64,000 bases of DNA from Vicugna vicugna. Its lineage: Eukaryota. This document shows, in pieces, positions 46,870 to 60,030 of the stretch. A program made the position numbers and the translations under genes. Each line of letters opens with the position of its first letter. Within the stretch, counting starts at the first letter, position 1. The notes under the pieces are model-generated. The model searched no databases. It had not been told where the DNA came from and saw only the letters and a program-made list of their open reading frames with translations. The stretch spans positions 4,126,588 to 4,190,587 of the forward strand of contig MU059175.1 of NCBI GenBank assembly GCA_013265495.1. Reading direction: 5' to 3'.

Positions 46870-47830
46870 CTGCCAGGTTCTGTGTGGTCTGGCCTTAGCT
46901 GCTTAGACTCATCTCCCTCTGGCTCCTCCTAGATTGACCCCGGCTGGTCTCCGCCTGGAATGCTGCTCTTCCTGATGTCCCCGTGGGGGGATGTATTTGT
47001 TCACTTTTAAATCTGTAACAAATAATCATAAACTTGGTGCTTATTTCATATCTTATAGTTCTGAAGGTCAGAGTCCCCTGCCATGGCTCTCCTTTGGCTA
47101 CTATCAGAGTTTTGGCAGGGCTACATTCCTTCTGGAGGTGTTACGGGAGAATCTTGTTTCTTGCCTTCTCCAGCTCCTGGAGGCTTCTCACATTCCATGG
47201 TTGATGGCTCCCTTCCATCTTCCAAGCTGGTGACTCTGGGTCTTTTTCAGGTTGCATCATGAGGACGCTGACTCTCTAGCTTCCCCCTCTTCCATTTATA
47301 TGGACTATCCTGATTACATTGGGCCCACCTGGGTAATCCAGGGTACTCTCCCCATCTCAAGGTCATCTGATGAGCAACCTTAATTCCATCTGTATCTTAA
47401 TTCACTTGTCATGTAACATAACATAGTCACAGAGTTCAGGGATTAGGATGTGGACATCTCAGGTGAGCCATTATTCTACCTCCTGCAGGGATTGGCTCCC
47501 ATCTGTTTGAGACCTTGGCTCAGAGCCCACCTTCTTAGTAAGGCCTGCTGTTTGATACACTGGAAAGTGTCCATCCTCCATGTCCACACTGTCAACCCCC
47601 TTACTCTGCTCCACATGCTCTTTTATTTCAAGCACACTTGTTTTTAGATAATACAGTGTTTTCCTGTATGTGTTCATTCTTGGTCTGCTGTGCACCCCTC
47701 CCATTGCAGATGTACACTTCAGGATACTTCTTCACTGCTGTCTCTCAAAGTACCTAGGACAGTCCTTCGTTGATGGGAGTTGCAGACAAATGTCTGTTGG
47801 ATGACTAGATGAATGAACAATGTGTGAAAC
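46870..47830 (+). mobile_element. L2 3' region split by an MLT1 insertion (pieces about 46870-46990 and 47490-47830)
   Basis: GCCTGGAATGCTGCTCTTCC before the LTR, and TACCTAGGACAG...TGTCTGTTGGATGACTAGATGAATGAAC after it. Confidence 0.5.
46992..47487 (-). mobile_element. MLT1 (MaLR) solo LTR, MLT1D/E-like
   Basis: Reverse complement begins TGCAGGAGGTAGAATAATGGCTCACCTGAGATGTCCACATCCTAATCCCTG, with internal CCCAGGTGGGCCCAATGTAATC. GGGA flanks both ends. Confidence 0.82.
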
Positions 47831-49439
47831 TTAAGCACATCTTTTTCACTAGCTCTTTACTTTCCTGTTTCCCAGCATGGATGCCTAAAATGGACCTGTG
47901 AGGAAGGAAAGGACCCCTAGACTCAACTTGCTTTATTGTCTAACCTCAAAGCTTTTTTTCTGCCGGCTCTAGAACTACAAAACTTCAAAAAGATTGGCGT
48001 CAGGAAGACTCTGTAGTTTGTAGAAGCTGTAAAGGGCCAAGAGACAGAGAAATGTTTGCATTCACTGCCAAAGAACATTCCCTGTGACTTCTGCAGCTGT
48101 TGGGCGCTTTGTCTCTGGCAGCTCTTGGACCCTTGTTAGCCCCAAGACCAATAATCTGAGCTTCACATGGCTGAGGAGTCCATGGAGCCAGTGAGGCAGC
48201 TAAAATTGTGTAAGGGTGGTGCAGGGAGTTGACAGGAATTCCAGGAGGAGGAGATCCCGTGAAGTTTAAAGCCACAAACGTTTATTAATTGAGGAACCAC
48301 AAAGCAAAGTGAAGAGGTTTAAAGAAAACAGACCAATGGCTCATTCCTGTAGCCCCATGATTTTAGTTCTTGATTGACCCTTCTGTTGCTTTCATTCAGT
48401 AAAGCCGAAGTGTATCCTGAAAATGCCATTTTAGTGACTTGAATGGGAAAGAGAAAACATTTTGTAGGAATGGTGTCTGCTAGAGAGATGACGCCATCGG
48501 CTGCTTACCCAGCTCTCATCTGTAAACTCTCATTACTCACGTCACTGATTATTTCGAGAGCTTTAGCTCCTCACCTTGAGTTCCTCAAAGGAGGATAGAT
48601 TTTAGCCAAGACTGCTGTCTTTGTCTTGGTGGGTTCTGCTCTTAAACTTAGGACAGATTACTTCAGTTCACCTCATGACTTGGCCTTCAGAGAGATCTGT
48701 TGTCATCCAAGGAAAGGCTTTGTACCAAACCGGTTCTGCCCTGGTTCTGTGTTACCCTAGGTATTGAGAACCCTGGAGCTGCACGTAAGTATCCAGACCA
48801 AGGTCACTTTATCCAAGCCAGGCCTTTTGGGAGGGAGAGATGCTTGCCCTTGCCCCTAGCTGTGTTTTTTTTTTTTTTTTTTGAGATACTACCTTTTATG
48901 TTTGCTTCTACTTTCTAACCTCTATCAAATTAAAACCATTTGAGATCCATAGCTTAATCATGATATGTAAACACCTTCGAGTTAAAATTTAGTTTTTTCA
49001 CATTTACCTATGCTTCTGCCATTTTCCTGGAGTTAGACCTTGATTCTAGATGCCACATCTCCATAACCCTGCTGGCCAGAGGCTTGGAGCATATTTGTAC
49101 TATGTGTTTGGATTTATCTTGGTTTCTAGCTTTTTTATGGTTGGCAAATTGTTGTAATGGGCTCTTGAAATAAGAGTACACAACTGATCATTCAAAAGAT
49201 AATTTCCTTTTTTTGTGCCATTTAACAAGAATTTGGATTTCACTGGTGAGGGTGGCTGATGGAAACTGATGGAGTGTGCCAAAAATGGAAAATATGCTTT
49301 CATAATTATTTACGGTTTGAAATAACTTGAAGTGGGAAAGGAAAACAAGCTACCAAGTTTCCATGTATTTAGAGAGGTGATTGCCCTTTCATGCACCAGG
49401 GGGTTGGTTTTTGTTTGTTGTTTTTTGCTTTTAAAGGAA

Positions 49440-49900
49440 CTGTTCTTGCCCTTAACTGTGTTTTTTGAATGATTAGTCTGTGCAAACCCCTGAAATGGAT
49501 GTGAGGTAAAGTATGACTGGGGGCTTTCCAGGCAGATGGAACTGCAGGAGCAAAGCCAGAACAGTGTACAGCTTTGAATGTACTATGACTGAAGGGCAAG
49601 GAGCAGTTCAGATTTTTAGATGCTGAATGAGTGGGCTGGTACCAGTAGTTGTAGAGGATCTCAAATGTTTATACTCTTAATGCAAGTAGTTTGTAGTTCA
49701 TTTGATAGGTAGGAGAGAGCCACTGAGAGTTTAGGACAATTTGGGCATAGTGTTAGCTTGGATTCAGATGAAGAAGTGACCTTTTGGGAGGCTGTAATTC
49801 AGTGGTCCACATGAGAGGTGAGGGCCAAAATCAGGATGGCATCTGTCACAATGGAGAGGCTGGTACAGATGGACAGGCCTCACCAAGGAATGTACAGTGG
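49440..49900 (-). mobile_element. L2 fragment
   Basis: CTTTCCAGGCAGATGGAACTGCAGGAGCAAAGCC...GAGAGCCACTGAGAGTTTAGG. Confidence 0.5.
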
Positions 49901-50662
49901 CCCTTTAGGCAGTCCTGCTGTGACTGCAGCAATCTGGTCCCCAGATCAGGTGTGTTCTAGGTCTTGGAAACCTGTTTTTTCCCTCTTGCAGACACTGTCC
50001 TTAATGAGAATTCTCACACTATATTTAGTATGTTTTTGGTTAGCAATGTGTCTTGTTTGGTGGCTGTCTGAAGGAGGTTTGAAAATAGGTGAGAAGCTGA
50101 TTACTTTAGTTCTCAGATTTCTTTTTGTTAGGAAGTTTGGAAAATAGGGACTTTTCTTTTTCCTTCATGTGACCAGAAAACTCTTAGTCCCAGGAAAGAG
50201 CAGTCAGGCAGTAGCATTAGTTTCCTAAAATCCACTATTGTAAGATACTTAAGATATTAAAGTACATAGAGGACTGTTTAACTAAAAGGGGGAAAAATTT
50301 AAGTCTTCATAGAAATTTAGAAGTAAGTTATGAGTATAAAGGCCACGCCCCACTCACCTTCAAAGTTCATGCTCCCACCAAACTAACACCTCATTATTAT
50401 CTTTGGAACCCAGGGAAAGCTTAGAATATTCTAGATTGATCTGTGGTAAAGTGTCTTTTTACAGATTATTTCATGGAGAACAACAGGATAAAAAGTAGTC
50501 TCAATTGGTACAATTGATGTCTAAATTAAGAGGCAAACATATATTGAAGGATTTTTTTAAGCCTTAAAATTAATGGTTCTATGTTGCTGGAAGATGGCCT
50601 TTTTTTTTTTTTTTCTTTCTTTTTTCTTCCAAAGAGTTTCAGAGCCAGTCGAATCTATAAAT

Positions 50663-50913
50663 NNNNNNNNNNNNNNNNNNNNNNNNNNNNNNNNNNNNNN
50701 NNNNNNNNNNNNNNNNNNNNNNNNNNNNNNNNNNNNNNNNNNNNNNNNNNNNNNNNNNNNNNNNNNNNNNNNNNNNNNNNNNNNNNNNNNNNNNNNNNNN
50801 NNNNNNNNNNNNNNNNNNNNNNNNNNNNNNNNNNNNNNNNNNNNNNNNNNNNNNNNNNNNNNNNNNNNNNNNNNNNNNNNNNNNNNNNNNNNNNNNNNNN
50901 NNNNNNNNNNNNN
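50663..50913. other. Assembly gap
   Basis: N run. Confidence 1.
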
Positions 50914-51644
50914 GCCATACAGTGACTGTTCGCCTCCCTGGGGCTTTCAGAAGGAGGGGTGTCAATAGATTAGCTCATTAGTGTCCGCCTCCTATGGAAT
51001 AGGAGGGATGAGGCCATTACATTTGAATCTGTGGTTTTAGGTCGTGAAGAATGTTTAGATACGAACTCCTGAGGGTGTTGAGGACATGAGTTTATCCTTG
51101 GTTTAACCTGTTGGGTGTGGTCCTCCTAACCGTAGTCTAAATGCAATTAGTTTCTTGTCAAGATACTTCATGGCTATAAAAGGACTTCATTTCTTCACAG
51201 GTTCAGTTCAACTATAAGTCGGGGTTTTTGTTTTTGTTTTTGTTTCTTGCTTTTTAAAATAAGGAACATAGAATCAGACTGAATTCTCTGGTAACAGTGG
51301 GAGAAGGGAAGAAGAGTAGAACATTTTCATGGCATCCCGTAAAGAGTATGTTAAACCCTTTTGGTAGATGCCAGAAAATGGAATCCATTGTCACATGTTA
51401 TAAATGTCATCACACTTGCATCAAGAGTAAATCATGTACAGCCAGGTTTAACTCTAAGCATGAAATTTTTATAATCATAAATATGCAAGTAAAAGACATT
51501 TTTAGCCCTCCTTTGCTACTCATTTATTTTCATAGACCCAAGTTTTTCCTGAATATTATATTGACCATTTAAAGCATCTGCATATATGGCTAAAATGTAA
51601 ACTTTGGCTTTTGTGCCAGTATTGTGATTCTGTTTTGTATTCGG

Positions 51645-51792
51645 NNNNNNNNNNNNNNNNNNNNNNNNNNNNNNNNNNNNNNNNNNNNNNNNNNNNNNNN
51701 NNNNNNNNNNNNNNNNNNNNNNNNNNNNNNNNNNNNNNNNNNNNNNNNNNNNNNNNNNNNNNNNNNNNNNNNNNNNNNNNNNNNNNNNNNNN
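51645..51792. other. Assembly gap
   Basis: N run. Confidence 1.
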
Positions 51793-52302
51793 CATTATTC
51801 CAAACAATCCTATTTATTGGTCCAATTATTTCAATTGAAAGATGCTGGTTTACTGCCTCTTAGTATATGCGAACAATTCTCAGTGAAACTGTTAGAGATC
51901 AGTTTGACTACAGTGGCAGAATAACCTCACAGGGTTTTGATTCACTTTTAATTTTAAGCCCCAGGATTAAGGATCATTTATAGTATAATGTAACTGTGGG
52001 CAAATACAGCATCTCTTAATGCCCTTCTAATATTTTGGGGAAAGAGTGCTTTTATGCAAAGCATTCACTTATGAATTACGTGACTGCCTTTTTTCACTGT
52101 AAATATAATTTCATTCACATTTCCTCCCTTCTCCCACCTCCTTAAGAGACAGGACAGCATGCAGTGTTTTGTTTCACTTTATTGTTTTTTTAAAAAATTC
52201 TGAGATGTGGTTAAGGTAGTTCTTTAGGATAGATGCCAGGGTAACTAGTTAATACTGTCTTAAAATCAGGCTCTTAATTAAAAATGCTTAATTTGTGCAA
52301 GA

Positions 52303-52666
52303 NNNNNNNNNNNNNNNNNNNNNNNNNNNNNNNNNNNNNNNNNNNNNNNNNNNNNNNNNNNNNNNNNNNNNNNNNNNNNNNNNNNNNNNNNNNNNNNNNN
52401 NNNNNNNNNNNNNNNNNNNNNNNNNNNNNNNNNNNNNNNNNNNNNNNNNNNNNNNNNNNNNNNNNNNNNNNNNNNNNNNNNNNNNNNNNNNNNNNNNNNN
52501 NNNNNNNNNNNNNNNNNNNNNNNNNNNNNNNNNNNNNNNNNNNNNNNNNNNNNNNNNNNNNNNNNNNNNNNNNNNNNNNNNNNNNNNNNNNNNNNNNNNN
52601 NNNNNNNNNNNNNNNNNNNNNNNNNNNNNNNNNNNNNNNNNNNNNNNNNNNNNNNNNNNNNNNNNN
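52303..52666. other. Assembly gap
   Basis: N run. Confidence 1.
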
Positions 52667-52978
52667 CATACTGATTATTCTTACATTTAACCTATTGTGG
52701 TATGGCCATCATTAGGACGTAAAGCACATGGCAATTATAGTGGTATATGTAGCACCAGAACCATGCTTTTGGATGTAACTTTTTATTATCTAAATTAGGA
52801 TTTAGTGCAGACTCAAAAGAGTGACAAGCTTTTTTTAAAAAAACAAAAACAAAAACAAAAGTTTTGGTATGGTCTGAATACTAAGTTACCATAATCCTTT
52901 ACATTTCTGTTTACTATGTATTTTTTTGGTTACTAAATTTTGAAGTTATTTACAATTCCTGATGCTCAAAAAAAAATG

Positions 52979-53278
52979 NNNNNNNNNNNNNNNNNNNNNN
53001 NNNNNNNNNNNNNNNNNNNNNNNNNNNNNNNNNNNNNNNNNNNNNNNNNNNNNNNNNNNNNNNNNNNNNNNNNNNNNNNNNNNNNNNNNNNNNNNNNNNN
53101 NNNNNNNNNNNNNNNNNNNNNNNNNNNNNNNNNNNNNNNNNNNNNNNNNNNNNNNNNNNNNNNNNNNNNNNNNNNNNNNNNNNNNNNNNNNNNNNNNNNN
53201 NNNNNNNNNNNNNNNNNNNNNNNNNNNNNNNNNNNNNNNNNNNNNNNNNNNNNNNNNNNNNNNNNNNNNNNNNNNNNN
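52979..53278. other. Assembly gap
   Basis: N run. Confidence 1.
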
Positions 53279-54382
53279 CTAATTTCAGTCAGTGAACACT
53301 TTATATTTCAAATACCATCCCAATGAGCTTTAGTCCGAATCTCCTTGGGCCTCATAGTCTCTATGTATACACCCTAACTTTTTGAATAGCGATTTGTTTT
53401 AATTGGCCTTGGCCATCTCATCTTGTAGCTCATTGTTGTCATAACTGCTGGGCAAAAGGTTAATCCCACAAGAATTCTGCTGTGGAAAGAGTGACCCACA
53501 GCTAATACTCTGCAAACTGGAACAGTTATGCTTTATTAGGAAATCTGAAACCTCCTTTCTCCATTTAAGATAAATTGGTTAATTATAATAAAATGCATAG
53601 CTTGAATTGTTTCAGGCTTTTTTTTTTTATTAAGATTTCCAAAGGTTTCCTTATTTCCCTTTACCCCTTAAAGTATTCTCTGAAAACACCCAAGAGAGGT
53701 AGCTTGCAGCTTAGAGTAAATAACCCATTTCTTTGAAACGGAAATGAAGTTATGGAAGGGTTTTAGGTGATTTGATATGTCATAGGTAGCCTGGATTTTT
53801 TGTCTCCTATTTTTGATCCTGATAGCACTGATTCTCGTCCAACCTGACCAGTCTAAGTCTCTCGTATGCTGCCTTCTTTTATAAACATTTCTTGGCAGTA
53901 GAGATTTCTTCCTGTTTGCTTATTCACTATTGTGCCCTTTTATTTTTCTTAGGCAATGTGCTTTTTAAAAGACTTTTTTTTTCTCTTTTCTTGTAACATT
54001 CTTTGCCTCTACTTTCCTTTTTTTTTAAAAAAATTTTACCTCAGATTCTTTGACTTTTATATGTTAAAACTTGCCTAAAACTAGCATCCTGTCAATTCAG
54101 AATTGTCGATTTTGAAATGTAGTTCTTTGTGGAGCTGAGCGATGGATGAAATATGAAGGATAATCCTCTCAGTGTTGCTTTGATTTTTGGATTCCCCTAC
54201 GGTCTTGGCTGTCCAAAGTAGATAACTATTGGAAGACGGTTTTAGAAATTTTGGGGCTGTGGTTTTGTAATTCTTTTGCTCAAAGAGTATAGGATTGATT
54301 TTTAGGAAACTAGGTCCAAATTTGTGGAATAAGTGATTTAGAGTAGCCTGAACAGGTTGAGGCGATTTCCCCCAAGTCAGCG

Positions 54383-54435
54383 TACCGTATTACTTGCATT
54401 TTCAACAGATACCGTATTACTTGCATTTTCAACAG
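54383..54435. repeat. Exact 26-bp tandem duplication (period 27)
   Basis: TACCGTATTACTTGCATTTTCAACAG at 54383-54408 and 54410-54435. Confidence 0.95.
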
Positions 54436-55340
54436 GCTTATGTGCTCAGATGCAGATTTCTTGGGCTGGTCTGTTTGCAGAAGTTTATATATTTACATTG
54501 TTGTTTTGGTGGACTGGATAGGGTTTTGTTTTGTGTTGTTTTTTTCTTTAGAGTCAGAGTCAAGGCAAAGTACCATATTGAATTTGAGGATTTTATTTTG
54601 ATGCTGTGGATCAGCTACCTTGTTGATGATCTTTAGCTGCCAAGGTTGACAAGAATGACTTGTTAGATTCTACACGGTACACTAAGTACTTACTCAGCTT
54701 ATTTCCCAAGTTATCTTAGAAATGCTTTTCACGCCCTAACATAAAACATCTGCTGTTTTCTTATTTCTTACCAATGGTAGAGGTATAAGATATTGTCAAT
54801 TAAAAACATTTTCAATATGTAACCAAAACAGTACATGTTGACAAATTTACATTTTTTAAAGTACTCTTGCTCCTTGATTTTAAGTTAATGGATGGATGTC
54901 AGTTTCAGAATACTGAAACTCCTAGGCTAACTGAATATCTTTGCAAAGTTAGGTAGACCATTTTTTTTGGTTTGTTTTTGGTAGCATGTTAAGCATTTTT
55001 ATTTTCTAGTATGATTTTTAGTCAGGGTTCGATTCTGTACCCTTTTTGGTACTAAATTTCCTCGTATCTGTGGACATAGCAGGTGAGTAAGGGTATGTGA
55101 GTAGACCCAAATGCGGTTTTAGAGAATGTTAAAGATTTAAATTGTGCTTATGTGCATGTATGGAATATGTATGTGAAAATATAATTGTAATCTTAAATTG
55201 AATAGCTTAATATGAATAAAAATTAGCATAGGTGTACTTTTTGAAGCTTTGTTGTTATTTCAGCAGAACGCCTTGTGTTTAGGGACAAGTGTTGAAATTC
55301 TTGGATGGACTCTCTAATACTTTGTGAAATATGAATTCTG

Positions 55341-55663
<323 letters not shown>

Positions 55664-58600
55664 TGAGAAGATAAATTTACTGCTTGTAAATCATTCAGTG
55701 CTGAAATTTTACACATGTAGATTTTCTATTTCTTGCTGTATCAGCAATATAAAACTTAGAGAGTTTTAAGTTTTCCTTTTAAAGTATGAAATTTTTTTTA
55801 TGGGTGGTGTATATTACAGCTACACTTCTGTGTATTCTGAACTATATGATAACATTAAAAAAATATTTTAGAAATGTGTATGTGCCTGAAGTAGCACGTG
55901 TCATATTAACCTGTAGTTTTCATTTCTCTAAGCTCACATGATTTAGCATTTCTACAGTGAGATACAAGGAGAATATCTCCTTAGGAAAGGAAAAAGCCTT
56001 CAAATGTCTTTTTCCTTAAGTCTCAATATCTGCTTATATATGACCAAGTTAACGGTACTGTTCACATTGTCAATGTGTAAATATTTGCACTGATATAATT
56101 TGAGTGTAGCAATGCAAGATCTTAGGTTCTGATTCTTAACGAGGAAAGAAAAATGTGATGTGTGAGTATTCCTCTTATTATATGAAAGGATGAGTAATTT
56201 GGCCTTTAATGATGGTACATTTTGAGTATTAAGTAGTGGAATACTTTGTTGATATTTTGTAAGATTTGACTAAATTTTTAGAATAAGGCAAAACCTAATA
56301 AAAGGGGCATGTTCTTGGCATAGAAAGGTTAGTGTTTCCTGAAGAAGTTGTTTTCGAAAACTGAAAATGTATGAAGTATAGACAGACTCTGTAGCTTTTT
56401 CATGTGATGGTTAAGCTTGAGTGATGGTGTGAATCAAAAGGCCTAGAACCAAGAATATAAAACTAAGTATTTGAAATGAGTGGAGGATACATTAAGGCAG
56501 TCTGAGGAGTCAGACCAGGAGTCTGAACTTGGATCATCTGACTTTGGACCAGTCAGCCCTTGGCTTCAGCTTCAGCTTTCCGTTGGTGTAAAATGAGGTA
56601 GAAGACGGGGAGGGGGTGTCCCTAGCTCATTTCTGAGGCCAATTTTTACTTTTTCTGAGGTAGTACCTTTAGCTATTCTTTTATCAAGACAGCAGCAGGG
56701 CTTGTTGTCTCCAAGGGGACTTAGAGCTGTCACGTGGGCTTGGTGGTCTTACAGTCATATTTCCTCGAGGTACAGATTGAGGTTCATAGAGAGAGAGACT
56801 ATTCATTAAAATCAAATAAATCAAGTAAAAACACCAAGTAAAACCTGGCTGTCATCAATCCATACATAATTACACTTCAGCTAATTATGTTATTTAGATG
56901 TTCAACATGATATCATCAGGAGTGTTTTTGTCTTTTGTTTTTGAATACTGATAATCAGATGGGTGAGGTTTTCCCATTTCTTTTTCCAAAATCAGTGTGA
57001 GCCGTATACATGAAATTTATACATGACATTTATTAAAGAAACAGTTTTTGAAAATTGGGAAAGGGGAGAGAACAAAAGGCTTTTATTACATGTCTGTCCT
57101 GATACTGATAATTTTATTTTACTTTTTTAGCTAAACAGTATCCTTTTATATGTGAATTTTACAGTTTCTTTGACATAAATGTGATAAATGGAATGAAGGG
57201 TTTGACATAAATGATGTGATTTCAGGTTTGATTGCTTAGTAGTTATCTCTACCATATTAAAAAAAGAAAGGTTCTTGAACAAGGCATAAAATTCCCATTT
57301 TTTATTGGGATACTGGGAGTAGATGAAAATATCAAACAAATTATGTATCCTTTGTGTTAGGCATTTTCCCGAGGAAACATCTCATAGATTTTGATCTCTC
57401 ATCGCTGGTCAGTTTTTTTATTATCTTACTGTTCTGTAAACCTTTTTTTAAAATTTTTTTAACTGGACCTATTATGTGGCAAAACTGAATAAATTTGACT
57501 TCTTTATTTTTATATCCTTTGCCTCTCTGGCTTTATGTGGTAGATGGTGGTAGAACCGTAGTGCATAGATAATCTAAATGAGTACATGGCTGGGTACTTA
57601 GATACTGGCAAACTGCATTATTATTTGTTGTGTATTTCTTGACTCTCCCACTGCCACCTTTGCAGTGAGAGGGGGATAATGGAGATTTCTACCACAGTAA
57701 AATTTCTGCTAAAACCTCTTGTAAGTAAGCAGAGTACCCAAGAAAATGCACAGTGGGCACAAGGGTCGAAAGATGTTTTCTAAAAAGCTCTGTTCCATGA
57801 GATACAGTCATGAGTATTCCTCGAAATAAGTGTTTCACTGATGGACAAGATTAAGAATTGTTGCACTCCATAGTTTCATACTTAAGAATCATATTGCAGA
57901 CTATTAACACATTAAAAACTATTAAAATCCTGCAGTAAAGAAACCAGTTTGACTTACAGTTCCTCAGTCTTATTTGATCACATAACTCACTGTGAGGGGA
58001 TATCTCCCTGATGCCAGATTTCCAGTAAACGTGTTGGTATAAAAGCTCTTGTAGTCATGTTAACTGGTTATCAGATGGTTTGAAGTTCTTGTGTAGAACC
58101 TGTTCACATCAGTAAAATATGAGCACGTTTCATAAAATGAACGTTCATGTTAACTATAAATTAAAAAGTTGAATAGCCACATCTGAATGCTAAAGACCTC
58201 TTCTAGTTTTGATTTGGCCCACTAACATTTTATTCTTAGTATTTGGGTTAATAAGGTGTTCTGTAGTGTCTGACTCCTTTAGCTTCAAGCATAAAGTTGA
58301 GTTTTTTTTTTTTAATTCTGAGTTTCTTAGTAAATAAATTATATTGAATCAAGTGGTTCAATAAATGGTAGATTCCTAAAATGGGGTTTTGATTGGTTGC
58401 ACTTTGCAATGTGGGCATATCTTCTGAAGAAGATACTGCTGAAAAGGTTTTGGAAGAATTTTGGGGATTCGGACCCTGTCCTGTGTGTTCAGCATTAGTC
58501 ATCTTGAGCAGTTTCCCAGTGTAGATTTTTAGGGTTGGGTCAGAGTTGCTCAGACCCTCTCTAATTACCCAACTTACTCTACCTCCTGGGGAGTTATTGG

Positions 58601-59199
58601 ACCAGCTCTTTGTGTTCTGATTTTGTAAGAGTGTGAGCATTAATTGAGTGGGTTGTAAGAAAATTTAAACCTCTCATTTTCATTTTTCTTAAATCTTTAG
58701 CTTTCTTAAATAGCGCTAAAGTTAGGAAACTAAATCTCAGGTGCAAGATAATCTACTGAGGAAAGTGTGTGCCTCTTAAAAAAAAAAAAAAAGGAAAACA
58801 ACAGTCCTAAAAGCGAGTATATAATCTTTAGATCCTGTCAGTGTTAGCAAATTAATGTTACTATTTTGATAGAAGGAGGATTGGGGAAATACAGTAGGAA
58901 ACATGTTCAGTTTCAAATCTTCTCTCTAATCAAAATTAAATTTATTATGTTGTTTGTTGGACCCTCGCTTTGGGCTCGTGCCAGCTTTATGCTTCACCCT
59001 GTTCCTGTCCATAGACATTCATCACATTCATCAGGAGAAGCTACTGCTGCTTATACTGCTTAGCTGACATTGGTCCATCTCTTTGAGTGCTCAGATGCAC
59101 TTCAGAGTCCTTGACACCTGCTGATGCTGCATTCTGGAGGAGTGAAGTGGATTTCATGATGCAAGGAATGAGCAACAGAGCGTTAGAGTCAGAAAAACT

Positions 59200-59330
59200 C
59201 TTGAGGTGACCTTAGCCAGCTCTCTCACTTACAGGTGATGAGAGGCCTGGATTTGTTGAAATGACTAGTCCAAGACCACGTATCTATAAAATGGTAGAGC
59301 ACGGACCCTAATTTCTGGTTTTCTGATTCT
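59200..59330 (-). mobile_element. MIR fragment
   Basis: CTTACAGGTGATGAGAGGCC...GACTAGTCCAAGACCAC...TGGTAGAGCACGGAC. Confidence 0.45.
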
Positions 59331-59399
59331 TTCCTGACGTTTTTTCTCCTTGTTTTTCATTGGAAGGCCAGAACTCACTCTTTAAAAACTAGGCGCAGG

Positions 59400-59533
59400 C
59401 GAGGAGGGTGTAGCTCAGTGGTAGAGCACATGCTTAGCATGCATGAGGTCCTGGGTTCAATCCCCATTACCTCCTTTAAAAATAAATAAACCTAATTACC
59501 CCCCCCCCAAAAAAAACCCCACAAAAGAACAAA
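59400..59533 (+). mobile_element. Camelid-type tRNA-derived SINE (Vic-1-like)
   Basis: GAGGAGGGTGTAGCTCAGTGGTAGAGCACATGCTTAGCATGCATGAGGTCCTGGGTTCAATCCCC...AAACCTAATTACC with C/A tail. TSD AAAAACTAGGCGCAGG (59384-59399) / AAAACCTAGGCTCAGG (59534-59549). Same family as 18178. Confidence 0.9.
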
Positions 59534-59748
59534 AAAACCTAGGCTCAGGATGAGCTGATGAATTTCTAGTGAGACATACAATTTGTACAGGGTCACTAAG
59601 AGGCATCTTCTGGTGAATGTGTCTTCTACAGGAGGAGAGGGGAAGATTTCTGAGGGTCAGAGACTGAGGGATACATGAGACGCCCGAGAGCATCTGTGCT
59701 TCTCTGGAAAGTTTATAATCTACAGCTGTCAATTCAGGTAGTCTGGCC

Positions 59749-60030
59749 CAGTGGTTCCCAAATCTGGCTACACATCCTCACCTGAGGGAGTTTTAAAAAT
59801 AGATAAATTTCAGAGGCCTTGGGAATCTGTTGTCAAGAAAACTCCTCAGGTGATTTGATGGGCAGGCAAGCAGTTTTGGGAATCACAGTCTTTCAAGTGT
59901 GGTCAGTGGAGTCCTGCATTGGAATCACTTGGGATGACTGCCGGAAGTGCTGGTTCCTGGGCCCTGCCCAGACCTCCTGAATCAGAGCGTCTGTAGGTAG
60001 GGTCCACAGTGTACCAGTTGCCTGGGAGTT
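59749..60030. mobile_element. Two adjacent MER5A-like hAT-Charlie fragments
   Basis: CAGTGGTTCCCAAATCTGGCTACACATC...CTCCTCAGGTGATT...TTTGGGAATCAC, then GAATCACTTGGG...CCTGGGCCCTGCCCAGACCTCCTGAATCAGA. Confidence 0.65.

Noticed and set aside
50573-53326. ORFs made of X residues (also 8505-8910)
   Set aside because: Artefacts of translating N gaps.
56297-56302. AATAAA as intronic poly(A) site after the coding exon
   Set aside because: Single hexamer in AT-rich DNA with no other support.
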